From Bacteroidota bacterium (GTDB taxonomy: Bacteria; Bacteroidota; Bacteroidia; JABEUT01), in the NCBI GenBank assembly GCA_013285805.1, contig JABDGY010000004.1:1-59155 (forward strand): 59,155 nt of DNA, read 5' to 3'. Shown piece by piece: positions 26,834-35,847 of this stretch. Position numbers and translations under genes: made by a program. Position 1 is the stretch's first letter. Each line of letters opens with the position of its first letter. Below the pieces are notes generated by a model, which saw only the letters and a program-made list of their open reading frames with translations, was not told where the DNA came from and ran no database searches.

Positions 26834-27274
26834 ATGCCAAAGTTTAGGTATTTCTTATTGTGTACTCTTTTATTAATAAACTTGCATTCCCTGGCACAGA
26901 ATACTATTGTTTCAAGTCAAGGTGAGTTGGAGCATACAAGTGATACATTCACTTATCATGGAGTGCCGCTTCAGCAATTTTATGGAAAAACAACTGGAGA
27001 GATTATTAATGCGCTAAAGAATAATGCGAAGATTGTTGATTGTGATAGGATGCTTGTTGAATGGACTGATTCAGTTTGTGGTATACGTGTCAATTTTAAG
27101 GGTAATAGTAGTTGGGATGATTTGAATATTTACTTTAAAAACAGTTTTCAATACAATTACCTGAAGGGCACCTCTGTTTGCGGTAACAGTGACGTACTTA
27201 GTGCCATTATAAAGTGCTTTAGGGTAGTAGGTCATGATTACTGCTATTGGCGGATTGCCCCTAAAAACGAATGA
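26834..27274 (+). CDS. Small secreted protein, unknown family (paralogue B)
   Basis: It has a signal peptide (LLCTLLLINLHSLAQ). It is colinear with 26314..26736 (DTFTYHGVPLQQFYGKTTGEIINALKNN; ..IYFKNSFQY..). Confidence 0.6.
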   Translation: MPKFRYFLLCTLLLINLHSLAQNTIVSSQGELEHTSDTFTYHGVPLQQFYGKTTGEIINALKNNAKIVDCDRMLVEWTDSVCGIRVNFKGNSSWDDLNIYFKNSFQYNYLKGTSVCGNSDVLSAIIKCFRVVGHDYCYWRIAPKNE

Positions 27275-27398
27275 TGAAGACTTTACACAAGTTCCGGTAC
27301 CGGTGTAAAAAAGTGTAAAGCAAAAATTTATTATTAATGAAACTACTATATAAATCAATTAGTAATTATTAATTAGCAATTACTAATTTTAATGGAAT

Positions 27399-27447
27399 GG
27401 GGGAGGGGGTGTATAATTGCCATTTTCCGCCAAAAACCGCCATTAAG
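27399..27447. repeat. G-box plus three 10-bp CCGCCA words
   Basis: The sequence is gggggagggggtgtataattgccattttccgccaaaaaccgccattaag. The same architecture occurs on the opposite strand at 52711..52751. The GGGAGGGGGTGT start is shared with the 5' edge of motif copy 2 (39595-39606). Confidence 0.5.
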
Positions 27448-27470
27448 ATTAATTAGAAACTTCTTTAAAT

Positions 27471-27551
27471 ATCTGTGAAAATCCTGTATTATCTGTGGTG
27501 AATTGTTTTAAGAACTCACCACAGATTGCACAGATTAAAAACAACACAGAT
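27471..27551. repeat. Word-hairpin (ATCTGTG/CACAGAT family) in the leader of 27569
   Basis: A perfect 11-bp stem joins atctgtggtga (27491-27501) and tcaccacagat (27516-27526). Extra atctgtg and cacagat words flank it. Confidence 0.65.
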
Positions 27552-27568
27552 TAGAACAAAAATAATAT

Positions 27569-28975
27569 ATGAAACTCTCAATACTGATTTGCAGCGTGCA
27601 AAAGCGGCTGCATAAGTTTGCTCAATTAGCTGAGCATTTAGAAAAACAGGCCCAGAACAAGCCCGTTGAAATATTGTGGCTAGGCGATAACAAAAGCATG
27701 ACGGTAGGCGAGAAGCGGAACAAATTGCTGAGCCTGGCTAAAGGCCAATACGTCTGTTTTGTTGACGATGACGATTGGGTTGCAGATGACTATATTGATG
27801 AACTGCTGAAAGGAACAGAATCGGGCGCAGATGTAATTTGTTTTAATGCACTGTACCGCAACCTTGCAACATGCGAGGAGCAACCCGTCAGCTTTGATAT
27901 GGGCAACCTGAATGTGAATGAAAAGCTTACATTAAGCATATGCATTGATACTCCTTTATTTAATGGAGCATCCATTCAGGCATGCATTTTTAATGCTCGT
28001 TGTTTCCCTGTAAATGGTAAAATGAAACTGGTAATAGATACAGCAATTCACATTTCAAGCATCGTCGCCGATAGTGCCGCTATTATTAGTGGAGATACAC
28101 TTATATGGAATTTCGATAGTTTGTCGGACTTAAAGAACGTTGGATGCGTTAGTATGAAAGGTACTGTTGATTCATTACATGCCCCAGACAGTGTGTTTGT
28201 TACCTTACTGGCTACGCCAATTGCAGGAGACTCCATTCCATCAAATAACAATATTACATATTGGGTTAAACCGTTCCCCAATAATTGTGTAGGACTCCCA
28301 TTCGATCCGAATGAAAAAAGCGTATATCCTGCAGGAGATATTTCCTCGACACAGAAACTAACATATACAATCCACTTCCAGAATACTGGTACTGCTGCAG
28401 CACGCGATGTGGCAGTAATTGATTCATTAAGCCCGTACTTAGACCCCACTACGTTAGATGTAATATCAAGTAGCAGCCCTGTTTCTGTGGCAATGTCATC
28501 CGGGAATGTTGTTCAGTTTACATTCAGTAATATAAACCTCCCCGATACAGCGGCAAGTAAAACTGCCAGCGTTGGGGTAGTTGAATATACGATTATACCA
28601 AAAACAAGTGTTGTGGTCGGAGACATAATAAAGAATAAGGCTGGAATTTATTTCGATTCGAACCCTGAAATTGTGACAAATACAACGATGAATAAAATTA
28701 GTAGTGCAGTGGCAGGGCTTCAGGAGATTCAAAAGCCGATGAATATAGCCTGTTTCCCCAATCCGTTTACAACAGTAACAACAATAGTGTTTAATACAAA
28801 TGGCAAGCATTACCTTGAACTTACTGATTTAGCAGGCCGCACCATACGTAGTATACAATGCAGAGGTAATCAATATGAACTAAGCCGTGAGGGCCTTGCT
28901 TCTGGTGTATATTTTATAAAAGCCTATGATGAAGGGCAGAAGTATATGGCTGTGAGTAAGTTAGTTGTGGAGTAG
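27569..28975 (+). CDS. Chimeric ORF: truncated GT2-type glycosyltransferase N-terminus fused to a secreted repeat domain with a T9SS type A CTD
   Basis: Residues 1-~95 look like a cytoplasmic family-2 glycosyltransferase (MKLSILICSV..; VCFVDDDDWVADDYI) with no signal peptide. The remainder is a cell-surface conserved-repeat domain (KLTYTIHFQNTGTAAARDVAVIDSL..LD.TTL) plus a CTD (CFPNPFTTVTTIVF..ASGVYFIKAYD..). Confidence 0.7.
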   Translation: MKLSILICSVQKRLHKFAQLAEHLEKQAQNKPVEILWLGDNKSMTVGEKRNKLLSLAKGQYVCFVDDDDWVADDYIDELLKGTESGADVICFNALYRNLATCEEQPVSFDMGNLNVNEKLTLSICIDTPLFNGASIQACIFNARCFPVNGKMKLVIDTAIHISSIVADSAAIISGDTLIWNFDSLSDLKNVGCVSMKGTVDSLHAPDSVFVTLLATPIAGDSIPSNNNITYWVKPFPNNCVGLPFDPNEKSVYPAGDISSTQKLTYTIHFQNTGTAAARDVAVIDSLSPYLDPTTLDVISSSSPVSVAMSSGNVVQFTFSNINLPDTAASKTASVGVVEYTIIPKTSVVVGDIIKNKAGIYFDSNPEIVTNTTMNKISSAVAGLQEIQKPMNIACFPNPFTTVTTIVFNTNGKHYLELTDLAGRTIRSIQCRGNQYELSREGLASGVYFIKAYDEGQKYMAVSKLVVE

Positions 28976-29027
28976 TTAGCACGTACTACTGCTTCTCTTT
29001 TCGGTGTTTTGCTATATTTGAGTAAAC

Positions 29028-31031
29028 ATGCACTGCATTAGAGAGTTAAAAGCCTATCAAGTTTGTAAAGTTCATAAAGTTGTATTGGTCTGCTTTATAA
29101 CTTTTTGCTTTATAACCTTTCCGCTTATTGCCCAGCACCATAAAATAGATTCGCTGATGGCATTGGTGAAAAGCGATAAGGACGATACGGATAAAGTAAA
29201 CCACCTCAACGGCCTCAGCTCTTTATATAAAACATTGGGTAACCTTGATACATCAATGTATTATGTTACCAATGGCATGAAGCTTTCAAAGCAATTGAAT
29301 TTTACCCGTGGTATTGCCAAATGCTATAATATAATGGGTAACGTATATGTAGACAGGGGCGATTATCCTAATGCACTCGACAATTATTTTAAGGCTAAAA
29401 AAGTAAATGAAGATGCCGGCAATAGATCAGAGGTGGCAAAAAACCTCAGCAATATCGGCTCGGCATACAAAGGCATGGGCGATTATAAAAAGGCGCTCGA
29501 CTACGATTTCCAGGCATTGAAAATATACGAAGATATTGGAAGCGATTGGGGCATTGCCAATACCAGTGGTAATATTGGTAATATATACGACAATGAGGGT
29601 ATTTACAAAGATGCCCTGGACTATGATATGAAATCGCTGGTAATGTTCGAAAAGATAGGAGATAAAACAAGCATAGCCAGGAACACGGGCAACATAGGTA
29701 ATGTGTACGATGATTTGGGAAAATATGATGAAGCCCTTGAATATGATTTTAAATCGCTTGAAATGTATAAGGCATTAAACGATGAGCATGGAATAGCGCT
29801 AAACATTGGTAACATTGGTAATGTTTATTCTAAAACAGGGAAATACGCTGAAGCCGAAAAGTATCTTACAAGGGCAATTGCGCTTTGCGACAGCATACAT
29901 TTTTTAAGCACAGGGAAAGAATATAACCTTAGTCTTAGCAAATTATATGTGAAAACGGGGCAATGGCAAAAGGCATACAATACATATATTGTTTATACAA
30001 CTGAAAAAGATAGCCTGGTAAACCTGGAAAAAAGTAAGCAACTTGGCCGTGTTGAGGCTAAGGCCGATTATGACAAACAACTGGCGCTTCAACAGGCCGA
30101 CGATGAAAAGAAAATTGAACTGGCTAATGCAAATGCCAAGCGCGAGAAGATATTGATTGCATTTGTGGCGGCAATTGCGCTGGCTGTAACCATTATTGCG
30201 CTGATCATTTCAAGGGCTTTACAGGTAACACGCAGGCAGAAAACAACTATAGAAATAAAAAGTAAAGAGATAAACGACAGTATTGCATACGCAAAACGAT
30301 TGCAGGATGCTATTTTGCCGCCAGTGGGCCTTATTGAAAAACACCTTTCGGAATCATTTGTGTTGTACAAGCCAAAAGATATAGTGGCCGGCGATTTTTA
30401 CTGGCTGGAAAGAGTGGGCGATAAGATACTTATTGCGGCCGCCGATTGTACCGGACATGGTGTACCCGGTGCATTGGTTAGCGTGGTTTGCTCAAATGTA
30501 TTAAACAGGGCGGTGAATGAATTTCATTTAACCGAGCCTGGGAAAATATTAGATAAAGCAAGGGAGTTATTGCTGGATACTTTTTCCCAAAGGGATACAT
30601 TCGGGGAAAAAAGCGCAGGCGATATAATGGATGGTATGGACATATCTCTCGTCGCTATTAGCCTTCAGCCATTAACTGTTAGTTGGAGCGGGGCATATAA
30701 CCCATTGTGGTATATACAAGCCGGAGAAATGAAAGAGATTACGGCTGATAAACAACCGGTAGGTAAATATGAGGCAAGCAGGCCATTTACTACAACTACT
30801 CTTAATTTAAATAAGGGCGATATATTGTACCTGTTTACCGACGGCTATGCCGACCAGTTTGGCGGCCCGAAGGGAAAGAAATTTAAGTATAAGCAGTTCC
30901 AGGAAAAGCTATTGGCCATTAGCCAAAAACCATTAGCTGAACAAGCAAGGTTACTGAACGAAACATTTGAAAACTGGAAAGGAAAAAATGAGCAGACAGA
31001 TGATGTTTGTATAATAGGAGTGAGGGTGTAA
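29028..31031 (+). CDS. TPR sensor - transmembrane - PP2C/SpoIIE-family protein phosphatase
   Basis: It has the same architecture as 11042..13228. The phosphatase domain is about 70% identical by eye (DIVAGDFYW, ADCTGHGVPGALVSVVCSN, DGMDISLVAIS, LFTDGYADQFGGPKGKKFKYKQ, DDVCIIGVRV). Confidence 0.85.
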   Translation: MHCIRELKAYQVCKVHKVVLVCFITFCFITFPLIAQHHKIDSLMALVKSDKDDTDKVNHLNGLSSLYKTLGNLDTSMYYVTNGMKLSKQLNFTRGIAKCYNIMGNVYVDRGDYPNALDNYFKAKKVNEDAGNRSEVAKNLSNIGSAYKGMGDYKKALDYDFQALKIYEDIGSDWGIANTSGNIGNIYDNEGIYKDALDYDMKSLVMFEKIGDKTSIARNTGNIGNVYDDLGKYDEALEYDFKSLEMYKALNDEHGIALNIGNIGNVYSKTGKYAEAEKYLTRAIALCDSIHFLSTGKEYNLSLSKLYVKTGQWQKAYNTYIVYTTEKDSLVNLEKSKQLGRVEAKADYDKQLALQQADDEKKIELANANAKREKILIAFVAAIALAVTIIALIISRALQVTRRQKTTIEIKSKEINDSIAYAKRLQDAILPPVGLIEKHLSESFVLYKPKDIVAGDFYWLERVGDKILIAAADCTGHGVPGALVSVVCSNVLNRAVNEFHLTEPGKILDKARELLLDTFSQRDTFGEKSAGDIMDGMDISLVAISLQPLTVSWSGAYNPLWYIQAGEMKEITADKQPVGKYEASRPFTTTTLNLNKGDILYLFTDGYADQFGGPKGKKFKYKQFQEKLLAISQKPLAEQARLLNETFENWKGKNEQTDDVCIIGVRV

Positions 31032-31039
31032 ATAAGTAA

Positions 31040-31164
31040 GAGTTGAGAATTAGGAATTAAAAATTAAAAACCTGGTCAAGAAAGTATTTCCCGGGTCTTA
31101 TATCCCAAGGCTTAAACCGTAACATTAAATCTTAAATCTCATTTCTTAAATCCTAAATTTAATG
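31040..31164. repeat. Word-hairpin downstream of 29028..31031 (AATTAAAAATT / TTAAATCTTAAAT words)
   Basis: The left arm is gagttgagaattaggaattaaaaattaaaaacc. The right arm is cattaaatcttaaatctcatttcttaaatcctaaatttaatg. Complementarity between them is imperfect. Confidence 0.5.
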
Positions 31165-31322
31165 CTCGCTTAATAATAAGGGAATATACGTAGTATATGT
31201 TTGCACCATAATCCTACCAACAAATTCTCCCCAATCCTACCTTAATCGCTTTATTTTTTCTCTCGTCGCCAGAGAAAAAGGGGAGAGTTGGTTTAATTAA
31301 AAGACGAATTGTGCGGTTAAAT

Positions 31323-31352
31323 AAAAAAGCCCCCTGAGTATAGGAGGCTTTT
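31323..31352 (-). terminator. Rho-independent terminator downstream of 31372..32154
   Basis: The minus strand reads aaaagcctcctatactcagggggctttttt: a GC stem followed by a T-run, 20 nt after the stop codon. Confidence 0.65.
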
Positions 31353-31371
31353 ACTGTAAGGGAAAAAACTA

Positions 31372-32154
31372 TTACAGGTTAAATGCTATACCAACAGTAG
31401 CTGTAAGTAAGCTTGTTGACATAGTTGATTTAAGTGTAGTGTTGGTATAGGTAGAGTTTCCAAGAGAGCCGCTGCCTGTTTCAGTGTAACCTGTGTAGGA
31501 AATACTTGCACCGGTATAGGCAAGGTTAAATGTAAGCCCCATTTTATCGTTGAAGTTATATTTAATACCTGCGCCGAAGTGGTAGCCGAACCCGCTTCCA
31601 CCATTACCCGAAGAGGTATATGTTTGTGAAGCTGAACCTGCTGATTCAGTTTCAGTTTCGGTAGGTGTGTTTGCAGTTACTAAACCAAACAGCACGCGGA
31701 TATCTATTTTTAATTTATCGCCTGCAGGAAGAGATACAAAAGGGCCTACAAGGTATTGGCCAACGTAGTAGCTTTTTGCTGAATAGGTAACAGTTACCCC
31801 GCCTGAGCTTTTTACGTCGTTAACTGTTTGGTAGGTTGAAGCATCGAAGGAGTTCATGTTTCCACCGATAAGAACCATAGCGCCAATGTTGCTTGAGAAA
31901 AGGTAGCCTGCAGTTACATCAAAATGGAAGCCGGTGCTGGCATATCCATTTTGCCTGTGTGTACTGTCCATCCGTACTGCGGTAGTGGTGTCAGTATTCT
32001 TGCTTCCGTAAGCGCCCATAGGAATGGCTGCACCTACAGATACACCAATACTGAATTTGCTGTCGTTCCCACCGCTCATAGTGGTATTCAAGTCACCTGC
32101 TTTCAGGGTAAAAGCAGCCATAACCGCTGTAATAACTAAAATACTTTTTTTCAT
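31372..32154 (-). CDS. Outer-membrane beta-barrel protein (small porin/OmpA-barrel-like)
   Basis: It has a signal peptide (MKKSILVITAVMAAFTLKAG), alternating amphipathic strands and G/S/T-rich loops. The terminal strand ends in an aromatic-type motif (VGIAFNL). The start is taken at the internal MKKS; the ORF track extends to 32187. Confidence 0.7.
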   Translation of the reverse strand: MKKSILVITAVMAAFTLKAGDLNTTMSGGNDSKFSIGVSVGAAIPMGAYGSKNTDTTTAVRMDSTHRQNGYASTGFHFDVTAGYLFSSNIGAMVLIGGNMNSFDASTYQTVNDVKSSGGVTVTYSAKSYYVGQYLVGPFVSLPAGDKLKIDIRVLFGLVTANTPTETETESAGSASQTYTSSGNGGSGFGYHFGAGIKYNFNDKMGLTFNLAYTGASISYTGYTETGSGSLGNSTYTNTTLKSTMSTSLLTATVGIAFNL

Positions 32155-32267
32155 TTGTTTGTGTTTTGGATTAATTTTATGAGGCAAATATATGGTAATA
32201 ATTATCTATTGGTTCAGTCGTAAGCGTTAAGGGTTACCTTTGTCACATTAAATATCTATCTTTTCGA

Positions 32268-32387
32268 ATGGTTAAGGTTTTAAAGATTATTGTAATTACT
32301 ATTGCGTCGTTGCTTATAGGCAGTGTTCTGCTAAGTATATTAACCTTTATTGGCATGGTTATTTACCACTTTTTCCAGGCCATGTAA
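32268..32387 (+). CDS. Possible 39-aa hydrophobic micro-protein
   Basis: The product is MVKVLKIIVITIASLLIGSVLLSILTFIGMVIYHFFQAM, which has a single TM-like helix. A TTTG..TATCTTTT promoter-like sequence lies just upstream. There is no homology evidence. Confidence 0.25.
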   Translation: MVKVLKIIVITIASLLIGSVLLSILTFIGMVIYHFFQAM

Positions 32388-32701
32388 ACAGAAAGTAAGT
32401 TTTTGGAAATCTAAAAGGGAGAAGGACCCCATACCTCCCCCCGTTTTAGTGCGCATTTGCCAGGCTTGCGCCCAGAACTGCAACATCAGAATATGTTAAT
32501 TAACCTGTTATGACCCTGAATATAGGGGTACCAGTGGCCATAAAATTTAAGTTTCGCTTATCCTCTCGTCTGCAAAGAAAAAAAATAGCTCAGGTATAAA
32601 AGATGATTTAAGTCAGTTTTTTCTGAATCCCTTTAAAATAGCTGTAAATCAACTATAAAAAAAATACTTTTTTCTTCTACAGGTTCTTTTACAGGTATGT
32701 T

Positions 32702-32815
32702 TTACCTGATAAAGAAAGCCTCAGCTACAAGGGCCGCTGCAGCTATTGATGTGAAAATAAGGGTGTAGATAAACAAAAAGTAACCAACTGTGTGTCCTTG
32801 CTCTTGTGTGCTCAT
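32702..32815 (-). CDS. Possible 37-aa hydrophobic micro-protein
   Basis: The product is MSTQEQGHTVGYFLFIYTLIFTSIAAAALVAEAFFIR, with a single TM-like helix. It is co-directional with, and downstream of, the DUF2071-like gene. There is no homology evidence. Confidence 0.3.
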   Translation of the reverse strand: MSTQEQGHTVGYFLFIYTLIFTSIAAAALVAEAFFIR

Positions 32816-32904
32816 AATCTTTAAATTTTATTAAGAGCAAAATAACAGCAAGCACAAGCCCTGCAGTATGACTTTGGTTAGCCCGGGAAATGATTTATAT
32901 CAAC

Positions 32905-33642
32905 CTAGGCGACGAGTACCTTGTTCAGTTTTTTCTTATCAAGTACCCTTATTTCCGAGCCATCGGCAAGGAAAACAGATTTAGGCTTTGCCGTATTCAT
33001 GAAAGCGAAATCAGCGCCATATACTTTATCGAAAGGGCAGCGTACGGTATAATGAAGTACTTTATGCATGCGCCATTGAGGGTGCTCAACTTCATATTCG
33101 GTGGTTACCCCGTGCTTATCTTTAGTGTAGCCGAAATAATGTTCGCAAATAAACTCTTCTTCCGAGGCCTTGGCAGGGTACCTGGCAAGGCCTTCAGCTG
33201 TTGCGGTTACCCAGTTAAGTTGGTTACCGTGCCTCCACATATATTCCACACTTAATCTTTCCGGTTCAGGAAACGACCATAGGTGGCGCATATCACTGGC
33301 TTCATAGTTCTCTCCGAAAACCTTATTTGCCACCAGGGCTATAAGTTTTTTAGGCACTATTTCTTTTATAAACACCACGCCTCTTTTCCATTTTCCATTT
33401 TGCCAGCTGCGTACATAAAAACGAAGGTTTATTTCTTCGAAGGTGCGGTGAAAAGGAACAATAACACCTTTTACGCGGGTATCTTTAAATAAAAAACCTA
33501 CAAGGCTAACATAGTGTATGCCGTTAAAAGTGTCTAATTCAGTATTGGGGGGCAGATACTTTGCAAGTATACCGGGATTAACCTCGTAGTTCATAAACAC
33601 AAGGTTCCTCCATTCTGCTTTTAAAAAAACCGATGCACTCAT
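32905..33642 (-). CDS. YqjF/DUF2071-family protein
   Basis: The N-terminus FLKAEWRNLVFMNYEVNP..L..LP.....DTFNG..YVSLVGF.F matches my recollection of the DUF2071 pattern. Confidence 0.7.
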   Translation of the reverse strand: MSASVFLKAEWRNLVFMNYEVNPGILAKYLPPNTELDTFNGIHYVSLVGFLFKDTRVKGVIVPFHRTFEEINLRFYVRSWQNGKWKRGVVFIKEIVPKKLIALVANKVFGENYEASDMRHLWSFPEPERLSVEYMWRHGNQLNWVTATAEGLARYPAKASEEEFICEHYFGYTKDKHGVTTEYEVEHPQWRMHKVLHYTVRCPFDKVYGADFAFMNTAKPKSVFLADGSEIRVLDKKKLNKVLVA

Positions 33643-33793
33643 ATACCGTTTATAATGGTACTATACTAACTTGTGATGGAGGTCACAAAATTAGGCATTA
33701 ATCATTAAAAACCGGTTACCTGAATGATAACTTTTCGCCTATTTATATGTTTTAGGAGATGAAGTGAAGGTTAACACTTACGAAATCAATGAA

Positions 33794-34270
33794 TTATTCG
33801 TCGGCATTAATTTGCAGCCCGGAAAGTTTGTTGTCAGTAAGGTCATATTCTATTTTCCAGTAGCTTGAACCGCCACCATCAACCACTACCATTTGCGAGA
33901 GCCACTTTGTGTTATATGACTTGTCGTCCCAGAAAAGATTGATAAGCAATATCTTATGACCGTCTTTATTGGTGAAGCCAAAATACTGGCGTTTGTATTT
34001 TTTCAAATGCCTGTAAATATCGGGCAGGCGTTTGGTTGTGTCGCGTTGCAGCAGAAGCTGCTCAAGCATAGCATGTTCCGCCTTGTCAATATCGCCAAAG
34101 CCAGGGGTAAAGGTTTTACCCGTATGTAAGTAGTCAACATAGGCCATGGGGAATATGGCACAATCATAATTATCTGTTTTATAGTGCCATGCATCGGTTG
34201 AGTCCTTCGCTTGTGCAAATATGGCTAACGATATAAACAGGAATGCTGCTGATAGTAAAGCTTTTTTCAT
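33794..34270 (-). CDS. Small secreted protein, unknown family
   Basis: It has a signal peptide (AAFLFISLAIFAQA). The C-terminal half (YKRQYFGFTNKDGHKILLINLFWDD..VVVDGGGSSYWKIEYDLTDNKL) is homologous to the C-terminus of 34357..35190. Confidence 0.6.
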   Translation of the reverse strand: MKKALLSAAFLFISLAIFAQAKDSTDAWHYKTDNYDCAIFPMAYVDYLHTGKTFTPGFGDIDKAEHAMLEQLLLQRDTTKRLPDIYRHLKKYKRQYFGFTNKDGHKILLINLFWDDKSYNTKWLSQMVVVDGGGSSYWKIEYDLTDNKLSGLQINADE

Positions 34271-34356
34271 GGTAAAAAATTGTAAATTATCTCCTCTGAT
34301 AAATTAATGTTAACAAAAATAGAAAAATAATTGAGACTTGAAAGGGGTTAAGTATC

Positions 34357-35190
34357 TCAGGCATACCCATTCGTGTAAAAACTAATGAACTTTCCTTCCG
34401 TAAGGTCATATTCAGCCCGCCAGAAATATTCACCACCATCATTTACTGCAACATCTGTCTGTAGCCAATAGCTAAACTCATCAGGTTCGGTGTTGTCTAT
34501 CCAAAAGCTGTTTATGTAAATAATTTTATGCCCGTTGCTGTCAATGTATCCAAAGTATTGTTTGCGGTAACCTGCCATTAAAGGTATAGTCTTATAGAAA
34601 TTACGGAATTGTTTCTTCAGTTCTGAAGTATCGGTCCTCAGTAGGAATTCAATTTTATCGACCTCTGCATGGGTAGGGGTAAACTTCCGTACGTGAGGAT
34701 GCAGTATTTCACTTGCCATTTGATTGGCTGAGAATAGTGCATCGTCATATTCCGATGTTTTGTATTGTTCCGCGGGAGTATCATTTTCCGCACAAACATT
34801 TTGGGCTGCCCTTATAATACTTTCCTTTGCCCATTGCCCGTTGCGGGCTTCAATGGCAGAATCCATTCGCTGCATATAGCACCGCATGGGGTTAAAGCCC
34901 GAAAAGCCCAATATGCGTTCGGGGATAAAGAAGTATGTGAAATTGTATTTCTTGCATTCCTGCGGCATATACCTGTAGTACTTGGGAGTATCAACCAGCA
35001 CTTCAATAAAATATAGTTTGTTCTTTTGTAAATCCTGCATGGCGCGTTTACGTTCAATATTGCAAAATCTGTCTATGTGCGGGTCGTCGAACATAATGCT
35101 ATCATATATAGGAACTGTTGGCAAGCTGTCGCTCTGGCTGAAACCACTAAGTGAACTAAGGCTTAGAAGAATAAGAAGAGATATTCTCAT
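34357..35190 (-). CDS. Secreted protein with a C-terminal domain paralogous to 33794..34270
   Basis: It has a signal peptide (LLILLSLSSLSGFSQ). The C-terminus reads YRKQYFGYIDSNGHKIIYINSFWID..VAVNDGGEYFWRAEYDLTEGKF. Confidence 0.6.
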   Translation of the reverse strand: MRISLLILLSLSSLSGFSQSDSLPTVPIYDSIMFDDPHIDRFCNIERKRAMQDLQKNKLYFIEVLVDTPKYYRYMPQECKKYNFTYFFIPERILGFSGFNPMRCYMQRMDSAIEARNGQWAKESIIRAAQNVCAENDTPAEQYKTSEYDDALFSANQMASEILHPHVRKFTPTHAEVDKIEFLLRTDTSELKKQFRNFYKTIPLMAGYRKQYFGYIDSNGHKIIYINSFWIDNTEPDEFSYWLQTDVAVNDGGEYFWRAEYDLTEGKFISFYTNGYA

Positions 35191-35197
35191 TTAATGG

Positions 35198-35683
35198 CTA
35201 TTTAAAGTCTTCGTATTTATATACCATATCATACAATTTCATTAAGAGAGAATCTTCTCTCATTCCATAATCGACTATTTTATAAGTTTTCTTAGTTGTG
35301 TAAATAATTGTTGTGGAAGTGGGCTGGTCTGTCCCTCCGGAATGGTAATTCTCTTTTAATTTAGTTAAGTCAGCATGTTTCAATAAGGCCAAAATTCCCT
35401 GAATTTCATTTTTGTGCAGTACATATGTCGATGGTTTAATATCAGGATTGTAATAAGAACGATGAACAACAATACTATCGGCCGTAAAATCAATATTCAC
35501 ATCAATAGTAGGGGCGTAATCAGATTCAACACCAAAAGCGCTTAAGTGCATTTCAAGCCCTGTAACAGTATTGGTAGTATCTGTTGCAACTGGTTTATTT
35601 AAAGGGGTTGAATTATTTTCCGGCTGGCTAATACAGTTTGAAAAAGTGAATAAGACAGTGATATAGATTAAGAGTAGCTTCAT
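35198..35683 (-). CDS. Small secreted or lipoprotein-like protein, unknown function
   Basis: The signal peptide ends in FSNC (lipobox-like). I recognised no motifs. Confidence 0.55.
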   Translation of the reverse strand: MKLLLIYITVLFTFSNCISQPENNSTPLNKPVATDTTNTVTGLEMHLSAFGVESDYAPTIDVNIDFTADSIVVHRSYYNPDIKPSTYVLHKNEIQGILALLKHADLTKLKENYHSGGTDQPTSTTIIYTTKKTYKIVDYGMREDSLLMKLYDMVYKYEDFK

Positions 35684-35708
35684 ATATCAAAGATAAAAAT
35701 AATACAGT

Positions 35709-35805
35709 AGTTTATAAAGGCTGTAAAGTTCAATAAGTCGGAAATTGCCGTTATACAATTGCGTCGTTACTTTATAAACTTTCTGCTTTAAGAACTTTAC
35801 AGACT
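35709..35805. repeat. Word-hairpin (AAGTTCATAAAGT family) between divergent genes
   Basis: The left arm is agtttataaaggctgtaaagttcaataagt. The right arm is tactttataaactttctgctttaagaactttacagact. Confidence 0.6.
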
Positions 35806-35847
35806 GAAAATATTCCTACATTTAACCTACCCTAAAGAATTACAGGA

